NCBI GenBank assembly: GCA_964016885.1
Contig: OZ024743.1
Span: 325,438,001 to 325,502,000 of the forward strand
Source: Eledone cirrhosa
Taxonomy: Eukaryota
Length of the DNA stretch: 64,000 nucleotides
Reading direction: 5' to 3'
In this document: positions 1 through 12,046 of the stretch, in pieces
How the letters are laid out: every line of letters starts with the position of its first letter
How positions within the stretch are numbered: the stretch's first letter is position 1
The notes under the pieces: model-generated
The model's input: only the letters and a program-made list of their open reading frames with translations
Database searches by the model: none
Told to the model about the DNA's origin: nothing
Position numbers and translations under genes: made by a program

Positions 1-649
1 CAAAAGGTGGTCTAGATGTTAGGGTGTTGGGTTCATGATCATAAGGCTAGCCCTACAACATGTGCTCCCTTCTTCAAGTTGTGCACCCCATTCTTCCAAA
101 TAAAATAATGTCATCTTACAGTTTAGAAAGCTGACAAACCTAGTTTTTGACATTTCTTTCTCTGACCATGCTGAAAAAATTATTTAGCCTGCACTTCCTA
201 CTACACAGTTTGCTCTCGACCACACCAAATTATGTAACAGCTCATAACATCATATGGACACCATTTGAGATGTTTCCACAATGCTTCTATACAGCACAGA
301 TGTTTGGTGATTTATTTACTAATTGTAGCAAATTATTATATATTTAATTTCATCATCATCATCATCATCATTTAATATCCATTCTTCCATGCTGGCCTGG
401 GTTGTGAACCTTTAAGATTCAGTAATGCACTTCTGCGAAGTTTGCCCCTGATGCAGCTACCAAGCTCGTCTCAAAGATAGAATCAGCCCTGGCTGTAACA
501 ATAACACCTACAATAATCTAACCATACTTATTCTCTCTTTGCTGTAGCCCATCCTCAATCTTCCTCTAAACCACCTGATTAACTGGCCATGCCTCCACAC
601 TAACTCTGTGTAATCCAAATTTATAAACTTCTAGACACATAAACTGTGT

Positions 650-1190
650 GTATAATCCAGAAACCTGATGTCTAAAGATACAGACTCTGCATTCCAGCAA
701 CTTATCTTCTAGAAATACAGACTCTATATTCCAGAAACTTATCTTCTAGAAATACAGTCTCTATAATCCAGAAACCTATCTTCTAGAAATACAGTCTCTA
801 TAATCCAGAAACCTATCTCTTCTAGAAATACAGACTCTATATTCCAAAAACTTATCTTCTAGAAATACAGACTCTATATTCCAAAAACTTATCTTCTAGA
901 AATACAGACTTTATATTCTAGAAACCTGATGTCTAAAGATACAGTCTCTATATTCCAGAAACCTGATGTCTAAAGATACAGACTTTATATTCCAGAAACC
1001 TATCTTCTAGAAATACAGACTCTATATTCCAAAAACCTATCTTCTAGAAATATAGACTCTATAATCTAGAAACCTATCTTCTAGAAATACAGACTCTATA
1101 TTCCAGAAACCTATCTTCTAGAAATACAGACTCTATAATCTAAAAACTTATCTTCTAGAAATACAGACTCTATAATCTAGAAACCTATTT
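650..1190. repeat. 37-bp minisatellite, ~14-15 imperfect copies
   Basis: Unit AAATACAGACTCTATATTCCAGAAACTTATCTTCTAG repeated head-to-tail with no spacers. Confidence 0.95.
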
Positions 1191-1203
1191 TCTATACCTA
1201 CAG

Positions 1204-1400
1204 GATACAATTGGTGCCAGACATGACATTTTACTCGGTTTCCATTTGCTGCCAACCAATAAAGATATCCTGCCAGTATTTTTATACCTCTTTCCATCAA
1301 TTACAACCACAGATATATTGACCAGTCCACTAGCAACAGAAACCAGAATTATAGCTAAAAAGTTGCTCTCTGATCCACAATTACCCCAAACTATAGAAAG
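1204..1400 (+). CDS. Putative internal exon A of an unidentified host gene (DTIGARHDILLGFHLLPTNKDILPVFLYLFP...KKLLSDPQLPQTIE)
   Basis: Acceptor tttctatacctacag at 1203 and donor AG|GTAAGA at 1401. Open for 65 codons plus 2 nt (phase 0 to phase 2). Not in the ORF track because it has no ATG. Confidence 0.65.
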
Positions 1401-1746
1401 GTAAGAAATACACAGTATTGTTATCATTAATGACTCAGACTTGTGTGTGGCCCAGTGGTTAGAGTTTCTGGATTGTGATGTGAGATCTAACTAGAGATCT
1501 AATGATTGTGAAGTGAACTGCTTAACCATTCAGTCAGCATCTACCAAGAAGATTGACTATGCTAGCAAAGGCAGAACCATTGAGTTAACTCAGTGGTTGT
1601 ATACCAACATCCTTTGGTACTGACCAGACCAGACATGGAGGCAGCATTAATTTCTGATTCAAACACAAGGTTTCATGTTTATGAAAGAGGAAGAATGAGA
1701 TATGATATTTATATCTTTCTCAAAGGTCTCTGTAATGTTAATAAAG

Positions 1747-1936
1747 TAATTGTTTCTACGTTAGGCACAAGGCCAGCAATTACCCAGTGCATTACTGGTA
1801 CTTTATTTTATTGACCCCGTAAGGATGAAATGCAAAGTCAACCTTGGCGGGATTTGAACTCAGATCGTAAAGGGACGTAACTATGCTGGAAAGCATGGCG
1901 TCCGACCCTCTACCAATACTGCCAATCCACCGCCCT
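1747..1936 (-). mobile_element. tRNA-derived SINE family 1 (Meta-domain-like centre, ATT tail)
   Basis: Sense strand has A-box-like TGGCAGTATTGG, B-box GAGTTCAAATCC, centre GTTGACTTTG..TTTCATCCTTACGGGGTC and tail GTAGAAACAATTA; more than 10 copies in the window. Confidence 0.9.
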
Positions 1937-2159
1937 TAATAAAGTAATATAATGCCTCTGAAGACCTGATTTTTTTGTTGTAAGGGCTAACTTTATGATG
2001 TTGGGGGAGAGATAAATCTTCACCTGGTTAGAACATCATTCTTTTGCCAATTTACAGTCTGAAAACCTCTGTTGTGTTTCACGACCTCTATGTAAACTGA
2101 GGCTTTTTAAAATATGGGGCCTATCCAATTTCTAGATACTACAGTATTTTTAGTTTTAA

Positions 2160-2355
2160 CCCTTTAGCATTTACATTGCTCTATATTTACTATTATATTT
2201 TCATGGTAAAGGCTTTACCTCACATAATGATCTCACATAATATCGAATCTATGAGACTTTGATATTATTTATTTAACATCAATATGAGAGGCCAGTTACA
2301 GCCAGTTTGAACAGAAAGAGGTGAGAGAATTCTGGTCAGATATGACCGGTTTTAA
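2160..2355. mobile_element. piggyBac-type MITE, partial
   Basis: TTAA|CCCTTTAGCATTT left end; homologous to 4241-4460. Confidence 0.6.
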
Positions 2356-2821
2356 GTATCACAAAAATTCAGTAGTCTCCAGCAACTGCCATACATAATT
2401 AGGCTATAAAATGAAGATGATCACTCTCTCATTGACTTGGATATGTAAATTCTGAACAATTTATTTTAAAAAATAAAATGGTTGTAATTGATATTAAATT
2501 ATGTTAAACATAATTAAATTATGATTGATAATAATGTTTATAAAAGATGATTGTAATTGATTTAAATGAATATAACATGAAATTAAGTTGGATAATAATG
2601 TGTAATGCATTCCAAAAAATACATCGACATGTTTTATTGATGAGAATGGTACCAGCAAAATTTGTATTGATACATGGAAAAGAGATTAGTTTATCTTTTT
2701 TTCTCTTTTTTTTTTTTTTTGTTTTTTTTTTGTTTTTCTAATCATCCTCTTACTGCAGAGTATGAAACTTTATTAACATATTTCAATTGGTATTTTAGAA
2801 TGTTGATAATTGCTTTTTTTA

Positions 2822-3430
2822 AGCCAATTACTTCCTAGTATGCTGGTCTTTTAGACCAATTACTTCCCACAAGAGGCCAGCTTGCTGGGAAAAAAGATAT
2901 TATCTGCTTGTCTTTGAGGTGAATTACTTACCAGTCTGCTGGTCTTTTAGACCAATTACTCCCCACAGAAGGCCAGCCTACTGTGGAAAGTGACATACTG
3001 TCTGTTTAGGTCAATTACTCTCCATTAGAGGCCAGTCTGCTGGGAAAGGAGATATTATCTGCTGGTTTTTTATACCAATTACTTCCTACAAGAAGCCAGC
3101 CTGCTGTGGAAGGGACATATTATCTGCTAGTTTTTTAGACCAATTACTTCCCACAAGGGGTCAGCCTGTTGAGAATGTGACATTGTCTGTTTAGGTCAAT
3201 TACTCTCCATAAGAGGCCAACCTATTGGAGAAGGGACATACTATCTGGTTGTCATTTAGCCAATTACTTCCCACAAAGGGCCAGCCTGCTGTGGAAGTGA
3301 CATACAGTTTGTCTGGTCCTTTTGTCCAATTACTTCCCACGAGAAGTCAGCCTGCAGTGGAATAGGTATTCAATCTGCTTGTCTTTGAGGCCAATTACTT
3401 CCCATGTGAAGCCAGCCTGCTGGGGAAGGG
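2822..3430. repeat. Degenerate ~60-bp minisatellite
   Basis: Recurring GACCAATTACTTCCCAC..GGCCAGCCTGCTG core, about 10-11 copies. Confidence 0.85.
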
Positions 3431-3444
3431 AGAGTGTCACTACT

Positions 3445-3930
3445 TTTTCAGGGTCGTGGGGGCAGAGTCCTCAAACACTCCTTCCAGTAGGTCCTGTCAG
3501 AAGCAACCATCTCCAACTTATCTGGCTGGATCCTCAGGCGAGACCAGCCAAGCTCATGGATGTTATCCAATGAGAGATATACTAACCCCATGCCCTAAGT
3601 ATCGGAACTGTGATCTCTCAATTCAGAGAAGTAGCAGCCCTACCTGGAATGACTCTCTGATCTCTGAGCTATGCTTTTTATCAAGAACGTAACTTCAAAG
3701 ACCCTTCGGAGGAATCCAATTTCGGCCACTTGTATTCACAATTGTATTCTTTCAGTCATTACCCAAGATTCATGACCATAGGTAAGGGTTGCTACAAAAA
3801 CCGAACTGAAGACAGTGAGTTTGGCTTTTATGCCCACCTCCCTTCTTCTGATTACTGAATGCAGAAGCTAGCACGTTACTGCACCAGCTTTTGCAAGTCT
3901 TGCACTTAATTCAGCCTCCTGCCTTCCATT
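3445..3930 (-). mobile_element. Old RTE-clade LINE 3' fragment; second copy at ~16075-16635
   Basis: Minus strand encodes TYGHESWVMTERI..IQVAEIGFLRRV and DNIHELGWSRLRIQP, RTE C-terminal motifs. Confidence 0.75.
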
Positions 3931-4240
3931 ACCCTGAGGTACTTGAACTTCTCTGCACCCAATACACACTGTAAAATGGTTGGTGTTAGGAAAGGCATCC
4001 AGCTGTAGGAACCATGCCAAATATGGAATGTATGAACAAGATGAGGTCACTCCAACCTGTCTAGTTTCAGGCCACGCCAACCTGTCTAACCTATTTCAGT
4101 ATAGACAGTGGACACAGAATGATGTGCAGTTTGGATTTCTTCCCTGACCAATATTCCTCCTCAATTCCTCCATTAGCTAATATTCCTATGCTGGGAGCCA
4201 AGTGTGTCTTCCTATTTGAGAATCCCTGCTTCTGTGTTAA

Positions 4241-4460
4241 TCCTTAAGCATTTATATTACTCTATATTTACAATTGTATTTTCACAGTAAACACTTTATT
4301 TCACATAATTATCTCACATAATATCGAATCTATGGAATTTTAATATTATTATTTTGAGAACAATACCTTAACATAAGTATGAGCAACTGGTTATGGCCGG
4401 TTTGAACAGAAAAAGGTGAGAAAATTCTGGCCTGATACAGCCAGTTTAAATGCTAAAGGG
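4241..4460. mobile_element. piggyBac-type MITE
   Basis: TTAA|TCCTTAAGCATTT ... AAATGCTAAAGGG|TTGA terminal inverted repeats with a TTAA-like target site duplication. Confidence 0.7.
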
Positions 4461-4519
4461 TTGAGGTGTTAATCTTAAATTCATAATAAGTCCAAGATAA
4501 GGTTTCCTCTCCTTTGCAG

Positions 4520-4655
4520 ACGCCTTGTAAGTGAAAGCAATATAATAACATCTGTAGTTAACAGCCCACTAACTGTGTCTGGCAACCAAACACCAGCATC
4601 TCTCCAGCGATCTACCCCGTATTCCTCATTTGACATACATCAAGAAAAGAAAAAG
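4520..4655 (+). CDS. Putative internal exon B, in frame with exon A (RRLVSESNIITSVVNSPLTVSGNQTPASLQRSTPYSSFDIHQEKKK)
   Basis: Strong acceptor tttcctctcctttgcag and donor AAG|GTAAGA. 136 nt = 1 nt completing AG|A (Arg) plus 45 open codons, matching the phase-2 end of exon A. Confidence 0.65.
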
Positions 4656-4827
4656 GTAAGAACTATGAAGTTATTGTACCTGAACCACTGAGTATAGAAA
4701 ACATACCATTTCAAGGGTATTTCAGCCTGGCAGAACCTGTCATTCTTTAGAAAGCATATATATATATAATATATATATCATCATCATCATCATCTTTTTT
4801 TAACGTCTATCTTCCACACTAGCATAT

Positions 4828-5400
4828 ATCATCATCATCATCATCATCATCAACGTTTAACGTCCGTGTTCCACGCTTGCATGGGTTTGGACGGGGGTTT
4901 TCCCACTTGAGGCAAGAGTGATTATCTTGCTCGCATAGGACTATCTGGCGGGTTTTCTACAGCTGGATGCCCTTCCTAACACCAACCACATTTACAGTGT
5001 GGGGCTGGGAGGTTTTTACCGTGTTGCCTACACGGCCACATTACAGCGTGAACTGTGTGTTTTTTGACGTGACACTACACGATCTCATTTGTTTCAGCCT
5101 AGATGTTGTGGCACCAACATAACTTTACATTGAAAGGGGTGGTGTGGATGGGTTGGGGGTGGTGGGACGGGGGTGTATTTTGTTAGAGATGCCTACTGAC
5201 TGTAGTAGGTTTTACTTTGTATTTAGGTAAGGCGGGTCTTCTCTATTACTGAGTACTGCCAAAGGTCTCGGTCCAGTGACATTGTCTTGGTGAGGTGTAA
5301 GTGTGTGAGGTCGGAATTTATCAGCTCGTCCCAGGTTTTTCTGGGTCTGCCTATTCCGTGGCTACCGTCTATCTTTATTGCCCTGCACTTTGTTATACAG
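4828..5400 (-). mobile_element. RTE LINE 3' fragment (subfamily B)
   Basis: KCRAIKIDGSHGIGRPRKTWDELI, then 3' UTR and (GAT)n tail. Confidence 0.9.
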
Positions 5401-5427
<27 letters not shown>

Positions 5428-5433
<6 letters not shown>

Positions 5434-6208
5434 TATGTATACGTACATACATATATGTATACAGACGTACAGTAGTATGTATATATATATATACATACAT
5501 GCACACACATATATATGTACGTATGGATTCACCGAACATTTATTATAATGCTCGGTGTGTTTGTAAACAAACATCCCGTATTGTTTTCAAACACACCGAG
5601 CATTATAATAAATGTTCGGTGAATCCATACGTACATATATATATGTGTGCATGTATGTATGTATATATACATACTACTGTACGTCTGTATACATATATGT
5701 ATGTATGTGTACATACTTATATTTAAGTAACAGCCGTACTAAGAGTGAGAAATGAAATTTCGTTTCATTTTTTCCGTTTATCATTTTCGGTGCACCCGGC
5801 CGATTAACTCACTCGATATGCAAATTAGATTGCTCAGCCATTAATATGCATAAGGAAAGTATATACTTTCAGACGTTCAACAATCTGGCAGGAAGGTATA
5901 CGTTGCTGACGATAGCTAATAAGCTTGAAACTAGTACAGCGTTCCTTTGTCAGTGTTGAACAAATGAGCAACGATGGTTGCTAGACACTACGGCTTAATA
6001 CGGGATGTTTGTTTACAAACACACCGAGCATTATAATAAATGTTCGGTGAATCCATACATACATATATATATGTGTGCATGTATGTATATATATATACAT
6101 ACTACTGTACGTCTGTATACATATATGTATGTACGTGTACATACTTATATTTAAGTAAGAGCCGTACTAAGAGTGAGAAATGAAATTTTGTTTCATTTTT
6201 TCTGTTTA
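5428..6208 (+). mobile_element. Non-coding Penelope-pLTR/retrozyme-like element: inverted segment plus partial tandem repeat (428-bp period)
   Basis: 5588-5780 is directly repeated at 6016-6208; 5428-5580 is the reverse complement of ~5999-6150; hammerhead inside. Confidence 0.75.
5900..5942 (+). ncRNA. Minimal type I hammerhead ribozyme
   Basis: ACGTTG-CTGACGA-TAGCT AATA AGCTT-GAA-ACTAGT-A-CAGCGT: 6-bp stem I, palindromic stem III, GUA cleavage triplet. Confidence 0.8.
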
Positions 6209-6304
6209 TATATATATATGTATATATTTATATATATATCCAAGCAGGTACACTTAAGCATATACACACATAGACTCAAACATATGCACACACCTATATA
6301 TATA

Positions 6305-6620
6305 AAAGGTAAAGACCCCCTTCGGTCACGAATAACCATGGGATTTGCACCTAGAAAGTTCCCCTCTGAGGCATAATTCTGGGCAAGGTTGTTTGTAGAA
6401 GACCAACAGTCACCCATGCATACCAGTCTTTCCTCTCCATACCACCGATGTTTTCCAAGGGAAAGGCAATGGCTGATACAGTTTGGCACCAGTGACGTCG
6501 CAACTCATTTCTACAGCTGAGTAAACTGGAGTGTCTTGCTCAAGGACACAATATATCACCTGGTCCGAGAATCAAACTCACAACCTCCCAATTGCAGGCC
6601 CAATGTTCTAACCACTAAGC
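6305..6620 (-). mobile_element. tRNA-derived SINE family 2, TTTACC-type tail variant
   Basis: Head CTTAGTGGTTAGAAC..GAGTTTGATTCTC and CCTTGAGCAAGACAC domain; related copy at ~20030-20200. Confidence 0.75.
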
Positions 6621-6645
6621 AATTTTCCATGTTTTTTCCATACTG

Positions 6646-6687
<42 letters not shown>

Positions 6688-6835
6688 GTGTATGTGTGTG
6701 TGTTCCAGTCATTTTGATCAATAGAACAGCCTGCTTGTGAGATTAACATATAAGTGGCAGAAATCAAACTTTCATGGTCTTATGATTGTGAGCTGAACAC
6801 TATAACCATTAAGCCATGTGATTTCACACACCCAT

Positions 6836-6899
<64 letters not shown>

Positions 6900-7077
6900 G
6901 TGTATATAAAACCTATCAAAGAAAAAATAATTTTTCATTATGAAAAAAATTATATTTTTCTCTCTTTTTCTCTTTTCTAATTTGCTATATGCAAATTAGC
7001 ATATCCAGCAAATGTTCATTAAAAAAAATCTGTATAGACTCTAATCTATTTCCATGTTAGTAGCAGTTGAGTGAATA

Positions 7078-7119
7078 TCACTAATGAGAGAATTATAAAT
7101 CTTGAAACAGCACTGTCTG
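7078..7119 (+). ncRNA. Degenerate hammerhead (core CTAATGA) inside an inverted-repeat element at ~6912-7215
   Basis: TCA-CTAATGA-GAGA..TCTT-GAA-ACAG CA CTGT-C-TGG; the G5A change is probably inactivating. Confidence 0.55.
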
Positions 7120-7584
7120 GCATTTTCGACTTTATTGACACTCTGTGATGTATTCACAGAGCAAAAGAGAGAAAAATAGGTTTTTCATAATGAAAATATA
7201 TATTTTCTTTGATAGCAAGGCTCTCATACGTTTATATATATATAAACATATAGTATATGTTTTCATATACATCCCTATTATGCTTAATACTGTCTTAGTT
7301 TTACTGCTATATGTATATATATATATATATATACTAATAAAATTAAAGATGTCATGTCTGAGAAGATCAGAAACATGCGCCATACCACCTGTAGAAGCTC
7401 AAAGATTCCAAGGAATCTGAGCATTTATTAAAAATTAAATTAAAGTTCGATTAACATATACATATATAAAATAAATATATCAAACATTAACAGGGGATAA
7501 TTTGTAAAGAGTGCAAGTACACATAGTTACGGAGGTAACATATTAAATTAATATATGTCAATCGACCTTTAATTTAATTTATAT

Positions 7585-7925
7585 CATCATCATCATCATC
7601 ATCATCATTTCATTTTACGTCCGCTTTTTCCCTGCTTGCAAGGGTGGGACGGAAACTGATGCTGGCTTGATTTCTACAGCTGGATGCCCTTCCTAACACC
7701 AACCTCATTTACAGTGAGTGCTGGGTGCTTTTTTGCCGTGGCACCTCCACGACCACTTTGCAGTGGAATGATATGGACCCCAGTCCCTATCATCTCATTT
7801 CTACAGCTGAGTAAACTGGAACAATGTGAAATAAAGTGTCTTGCTCAAGGAAACAACACATCACCCGGTCTGAGAATTGAACTCAACCTTTTGATTGCAA
7901 GGCCAATGCTCTAACCACTAAGCCG
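7585..7925 (-). mobile_element. SINE family 2 with RTE-derived 3' tail; second copy at 41890-42330
   Basis: tRNA-like head joined to RTE 3' UTR and (GAT)n; same junction (CACTTTGCAGTGGAATGATA.GGACCCCAGT) in both copies. Confidence 0.8.
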
Positions 7926-8189
7926 TTGGTCAGTCAATGGTAAACATTGAGGGCCAAATAAATTAAATTAACTGATATAAAAGATACAGAAGCGAAAACC
8001 AACCAAACAGTGAGTGTGTTCTGTTATTAATTCTGGCAATATTATTACAACAATATGACCCTCCCCAAGTATAACAATATATATATATATATATATAACG
8101 AAGGAAATGTGGTAAGGAACCAGATGGACCATAACGCACCAAAGTACTCAATACTTAGGGTAGTAGAGTGGGTAATAGGAACAATTATG

Positions 8190-8285
8190 ACCCCGACGGC
8201 AGAGCTCAAGCCGTTTCGACGGCTAATTCTGGACTAAATAAGAATTTTTAGCCCGGTAAATAAATAGCCAAACTTCTCAGGGGGT
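8190..8285 (-). ncRNA. Type I hammerhead-like motif, CUGAGAA core, branched stem II
   Basis: ACCCC-CTGAGAA-[GGCTA...TAGCC with an internal hairpin]-GAA-ACGGC..GCCGT-C-GGGGT. Confidence 0.65.
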
Positions 8286-8698
8286 AATTCCTTATATGGG
8301 AAGATAGTAATTGTCAAAAGGATTGGTCAAAAATTTGTTATAAAGACAGATGATTCTATCATGGCATTTAGTGGGAGGTAGGGGTGGCTGAACTTGCATT
8401 TGGTGGGAGGTAGAACAAAGAGGGAGTGGGGGAAACCCAGTCAAGCGTTGAAAGTGAAATCTATACAGCAGATTCTAAGGCTAGTGTATGGAAGGTCGAA
8501 AAAAGTGTATTGGAGAAGGGGGGGGGGGGAGAATAGGTAAATCGAAAGGGAGTAAACAAAAAAACCATTCCCTCTTTGTTCTACCGGCAAGTTCAGCCAC
8601 CCCTACCTCCCACTAAATGCCATGATAGAATCATCTGTCTTTACAACAAATTTTTGACCAATCCTTTTGACAATTACTATCTTCCCATATAAGGAATT

Positions 8699-8794
8699 AC
8701 CCCCTGAGAAGTTCGGCTATTTATTTACCAGGCTAAAAATTCTTATTTAGTCCAGAATTAGCCGTTGAAATGGCTTGAGCTCTGCCGTCGGGGT
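8699..8794 (+). ncRNA. Type I hammerhead-like motif, CUGAGAA core (second arm)
   Basis: ACCCC-CTGAGAA-GTTCGGCTA...TAGCCGTT-GAA-ATGGC..GCCGT-C-GGGGT. Confidence 0.65.
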
Positions 8795-8844
8795 CATACT
8801 TGTTCCTATATATATATATAGCATATAGCATATAGATCTACCAA

Positions 8845-9810
8845 GGCTCAGTTTTCAGCCCTCTCTTGTCATAACAGATGAATTCATGACTTGCTGTACA
8901 TGAGAACTGTATGTTGATGGTTTAACACTCTTAGCAGAAACCATAAGAGAATTAGAAAAGCTCCAAACATGGGAACAAAAACTGATATCAAATGGCTTGA
9001 AGGTAAACCTAAGAAAGACTAAAGTTTTAGTAAGTAAGAAAGGGGATAGAATGCTGCTACCATCTGGTAAATGGCTTGGCTCAATGTTTTGAAAAGGAGT
9101 ATGTAGAAGTTCCATACAGTGTACCCAATGTAGATAGTAGACACAAAAGATATAATAGGATTATGAGATGGCTGTCAGAGAAGGTAAACTTTGTATGTAA
9201 TAGGTGCACAGTAGTAGTCAGCAGTAAGAGTATATGTGAAATATACTCTCCCAAATGTTGAGGAAGCTCACTAGAAGTAGTAGATTTTGCTATGTAACCT
9301 CATGAGTGGTGGAGTTAGATGTACCAAAATTGCTGTAACCAGAATGAGCACAGGCTCAAAGAAGTTCAGGAAACTGTTGACAACAAAAGGTTTCTTTCTT
9401 AGATTGAAATGCAGATTATATGATGCTCATGTTTGAACTGCTATATTGCATGACAGTGAGATATTGGTCTTGAGGGTAGAAAATTTGTGGTAGCTAAAAT
9501 AAAAATGAGGCATACATGCTTTGCTGGATGTGTGATGGGTATGTGAACGATAAAGTGCAAGTGAGTTGAGAGAAAACTTGAGCTTAAGAGGAATTGAATG
9601 TAGCATGCAAGGGTGATAATAGCACTGGTATGGTTAGGTAGTGTGTTAAGATAGCCAAAATTATATTAAAAAGTGATGAATGCTTGAAGTGGATGGGAAA
9701 CCAAGAAAGACTTGGGATGAAGTTGTGAAGAACGACTTCATGAAACTGGACAACGGGAAGATGGTACATGACCAAATAGACTGGCAATATGCCATAATTC
9801 TAAATATCCA
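8845..9810 (+). mobile_element. Highly degenerate RTE LINE fragment
   Basis: Residual ELYVDG, GLKVNLRKTKVL, SGKW and GKPRKTWDEVV motifs with many stops. Confidence 0.8.
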
Positions 9811-10621
9811 TTACCAACAGAAGCACTGCATCAATAAAAGTAAAGATGGTGAGAGACCAAGGCAACAGTATTTAGTGATTGAAGAGAGAAAATATAGAAT
9901 ATATGACAACTTCTCTAGTGTTGGTGACATGATAGAATGCATCCAGTACACTGTGTAAAGTGTTTGTGCTGGGTTCACTACACCTAGTCCATTCTGTAAA
10001 TTGGTAGCGGTGGTGTCACGAAAAATGCACCGTGTACACTTTGTAAGATGGTTGACATGAGGAGAAGCTTCCAGTTATCGAATCTATGCCAAATATGGAA
10101 CATATGAGCAAGATGAGGTCACTCTGACCTGTCTGGTCTCAGGATGTGATAAGCCATTCAAGGAAAGCAGATATGAAATGATGATGATGATGATATATCT
10201 TGACACTCACTCACACACAGCTGGTGTATATATATATAGTGTAGGTGAGGTGGTTCAGTGAATTACTGGTGTTGGGTTGGTACCAAAGCAAGCACTCTAT
10301 GCACAGGCAAAGTGTATATAATAGAAAAAAACAAGGAAGTTTCGTTTACAATCCTCTGAGAAACACACATAACAGGTTGACACAGAATAGATATCTTTTA
10401 TATGCATACAAAACTTCCGCGTTTTTTTCTATTTTATATATATATATATAACTGTTTCTACTTTAGGCACAAGGCCAGCAATTACCCAGTGCATTACTGG
10501 TACTTTATTTTATCGACCCCGTAAGGATGAAAGGCAAAATAACAAAGAGGGTGTAGTAAGATACCAGGTGGACCATAATGAAATGGCCGGAGCTCAGCCG
10601 TCGGGGTCCTGACTCTTTTCC

Positions 10622-10681
<60 letters not shown>

Positions 10682-10748
10682 TTTTATTAAATTTTTGTTG
10701 TGACCTCTTCTTTCTCTACATTTCCCTTGTTGTTATTATTAACTCTTC

Positions 10749-10791
<43 letters not shown>

Positions 10792-11246
10792 TCCCCTACT
10801 ACTTTCCGGTTTCTCTTGTCTCTGTCTCTTTTCCTCTATTCCCACCGAGGTTAGACTTCTTTTTCTTCGCTCTCCCTATCTTGCTGTCAATAACACCTCG
10901 GACTTATGTTCAGCCACTGGTTTGAATTCTCTCTCTCTCCTGGTTATTTACATACATGTGCTTCTCCTTGTGTGTGTGTGTGTGTGTGTGTGTCCACCTT
11001 ATCGGTATGTTCTCTGCATTTTTCTTTCTTTTTTTCCTTTCTGTTTAATTTATTTTTTCTCTTTCCTTTTTTCTTTCTCCAATAATTTTCAAAAGTTATT
11101 GACACACTGGAGTTAGGCATATTGTCTTTAATGCATTGAAATGTCGGTGACCTCTAGCAGACAACTGAAGAGGGGAGTGTCCCTTGTTTGTGCTTTCCTT
11201 CTATTTCTAAATACACTTTATCAAGTAACCACACAGCCCCTTGTTT

Positions 11247-11309
<63 letters not shown>

Positions 11310-11399
11310 CTATACATATACTAAAAGGAGCTAGTATGATACAACTATTGTGATGTAGTGTAGTGCAGTGTGTGTGACAGCTCACACCTGTGCAGGTTT

Positions 11400-11617
11400 A
11401 GCTGGCCTCCTTCAAGGTCTATCTCGTTGGAGGTGTCTTGGGTAATTTAATGATAGGGACCCCAGTCCTATCATCTCATTTCTACAGTTGAGTAAACTGG
11501 AGCAACGTGAAATAAAGTGTCTTGCTCAAGGAAACAACACACCACCCGGTCCGAGAATTGAACTCACAACCTTTCGATTGCAAGCCCAATGCTCTAACCA
11601 CTAAACCATGCGCCTTC
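11400..11617 (-). mobile_element. SINE family 2 (third tail variant) inserted in a (TGTAG/TGTGG)n tract
   Basis: Head AAGGCGCATGGTTTAGTGGTTAG..GAGTTCAATTCTC; same body as 7585-7925 but a different 3' end. Confidence 0.8.
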
Positions 11618-11984
11618 ACTGTAGTGCAGTGTGGTGTGGGGTGAGGCAGATTGTGTTGTAGTGTAGGATGGGTTGTGTTGTAGGGTGGTGTTGAATAGTG
11701 TAGTGTCATGGAGTATGGTGTGGAGGGACATGGTGTGGTGTGGTTGCTATAGAAACATGAAACCTACTATTGTACTGGGGGCCTTTAACCTTATTCAGCT
11801 GGTTGTTAGGTTTAGTGTGTGCTAAACCTGCTGATATTGCTATATATTGACATTGTGTATACAATGATGTAAATATATAGAGAAACAGAAAGAAGGCAGG
11901 TGACAAAAAAATAGTGATAAGGACAGATATACATTTGTGTGTGGTGTGTGTGAGTATGTATGTATATGTATGTGTGTGTATATG

Positions 11985-12045
<61 letters not shown>

Positions 12046-12046
12046 T

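Larger units (their letters stand above)
8098..8808. mobile_element. Fold-back non-coding element with one hammerhead-like motif per arm
   Basis: ~8178-8425 is the reverse complement of ~8570-8808. Related fragments at ~10550-10622, 14630-14690, 17935-18124, 21258-21433, 52415-52520. Confidence 0.8.

Noticed and set aside
650-1190. 37-bp repeats of CRISPR-like length; also the 77-bp array at 37219
   Set aside because: Contiguous units with no unique spacers, no cas genes, and a eukaryotic context
240-2140. Faint piggyBac-transposase-like peptides (TPFEMF..; RFHVY..RY)
   Set aside because: Too short and degenerate to support without an HMM search
2759-2820. Acceptor-like site after poly-T; similar sites at 15753, 58729 and 62104
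   Set aside because: Early stop in the required phase or no convincing donor
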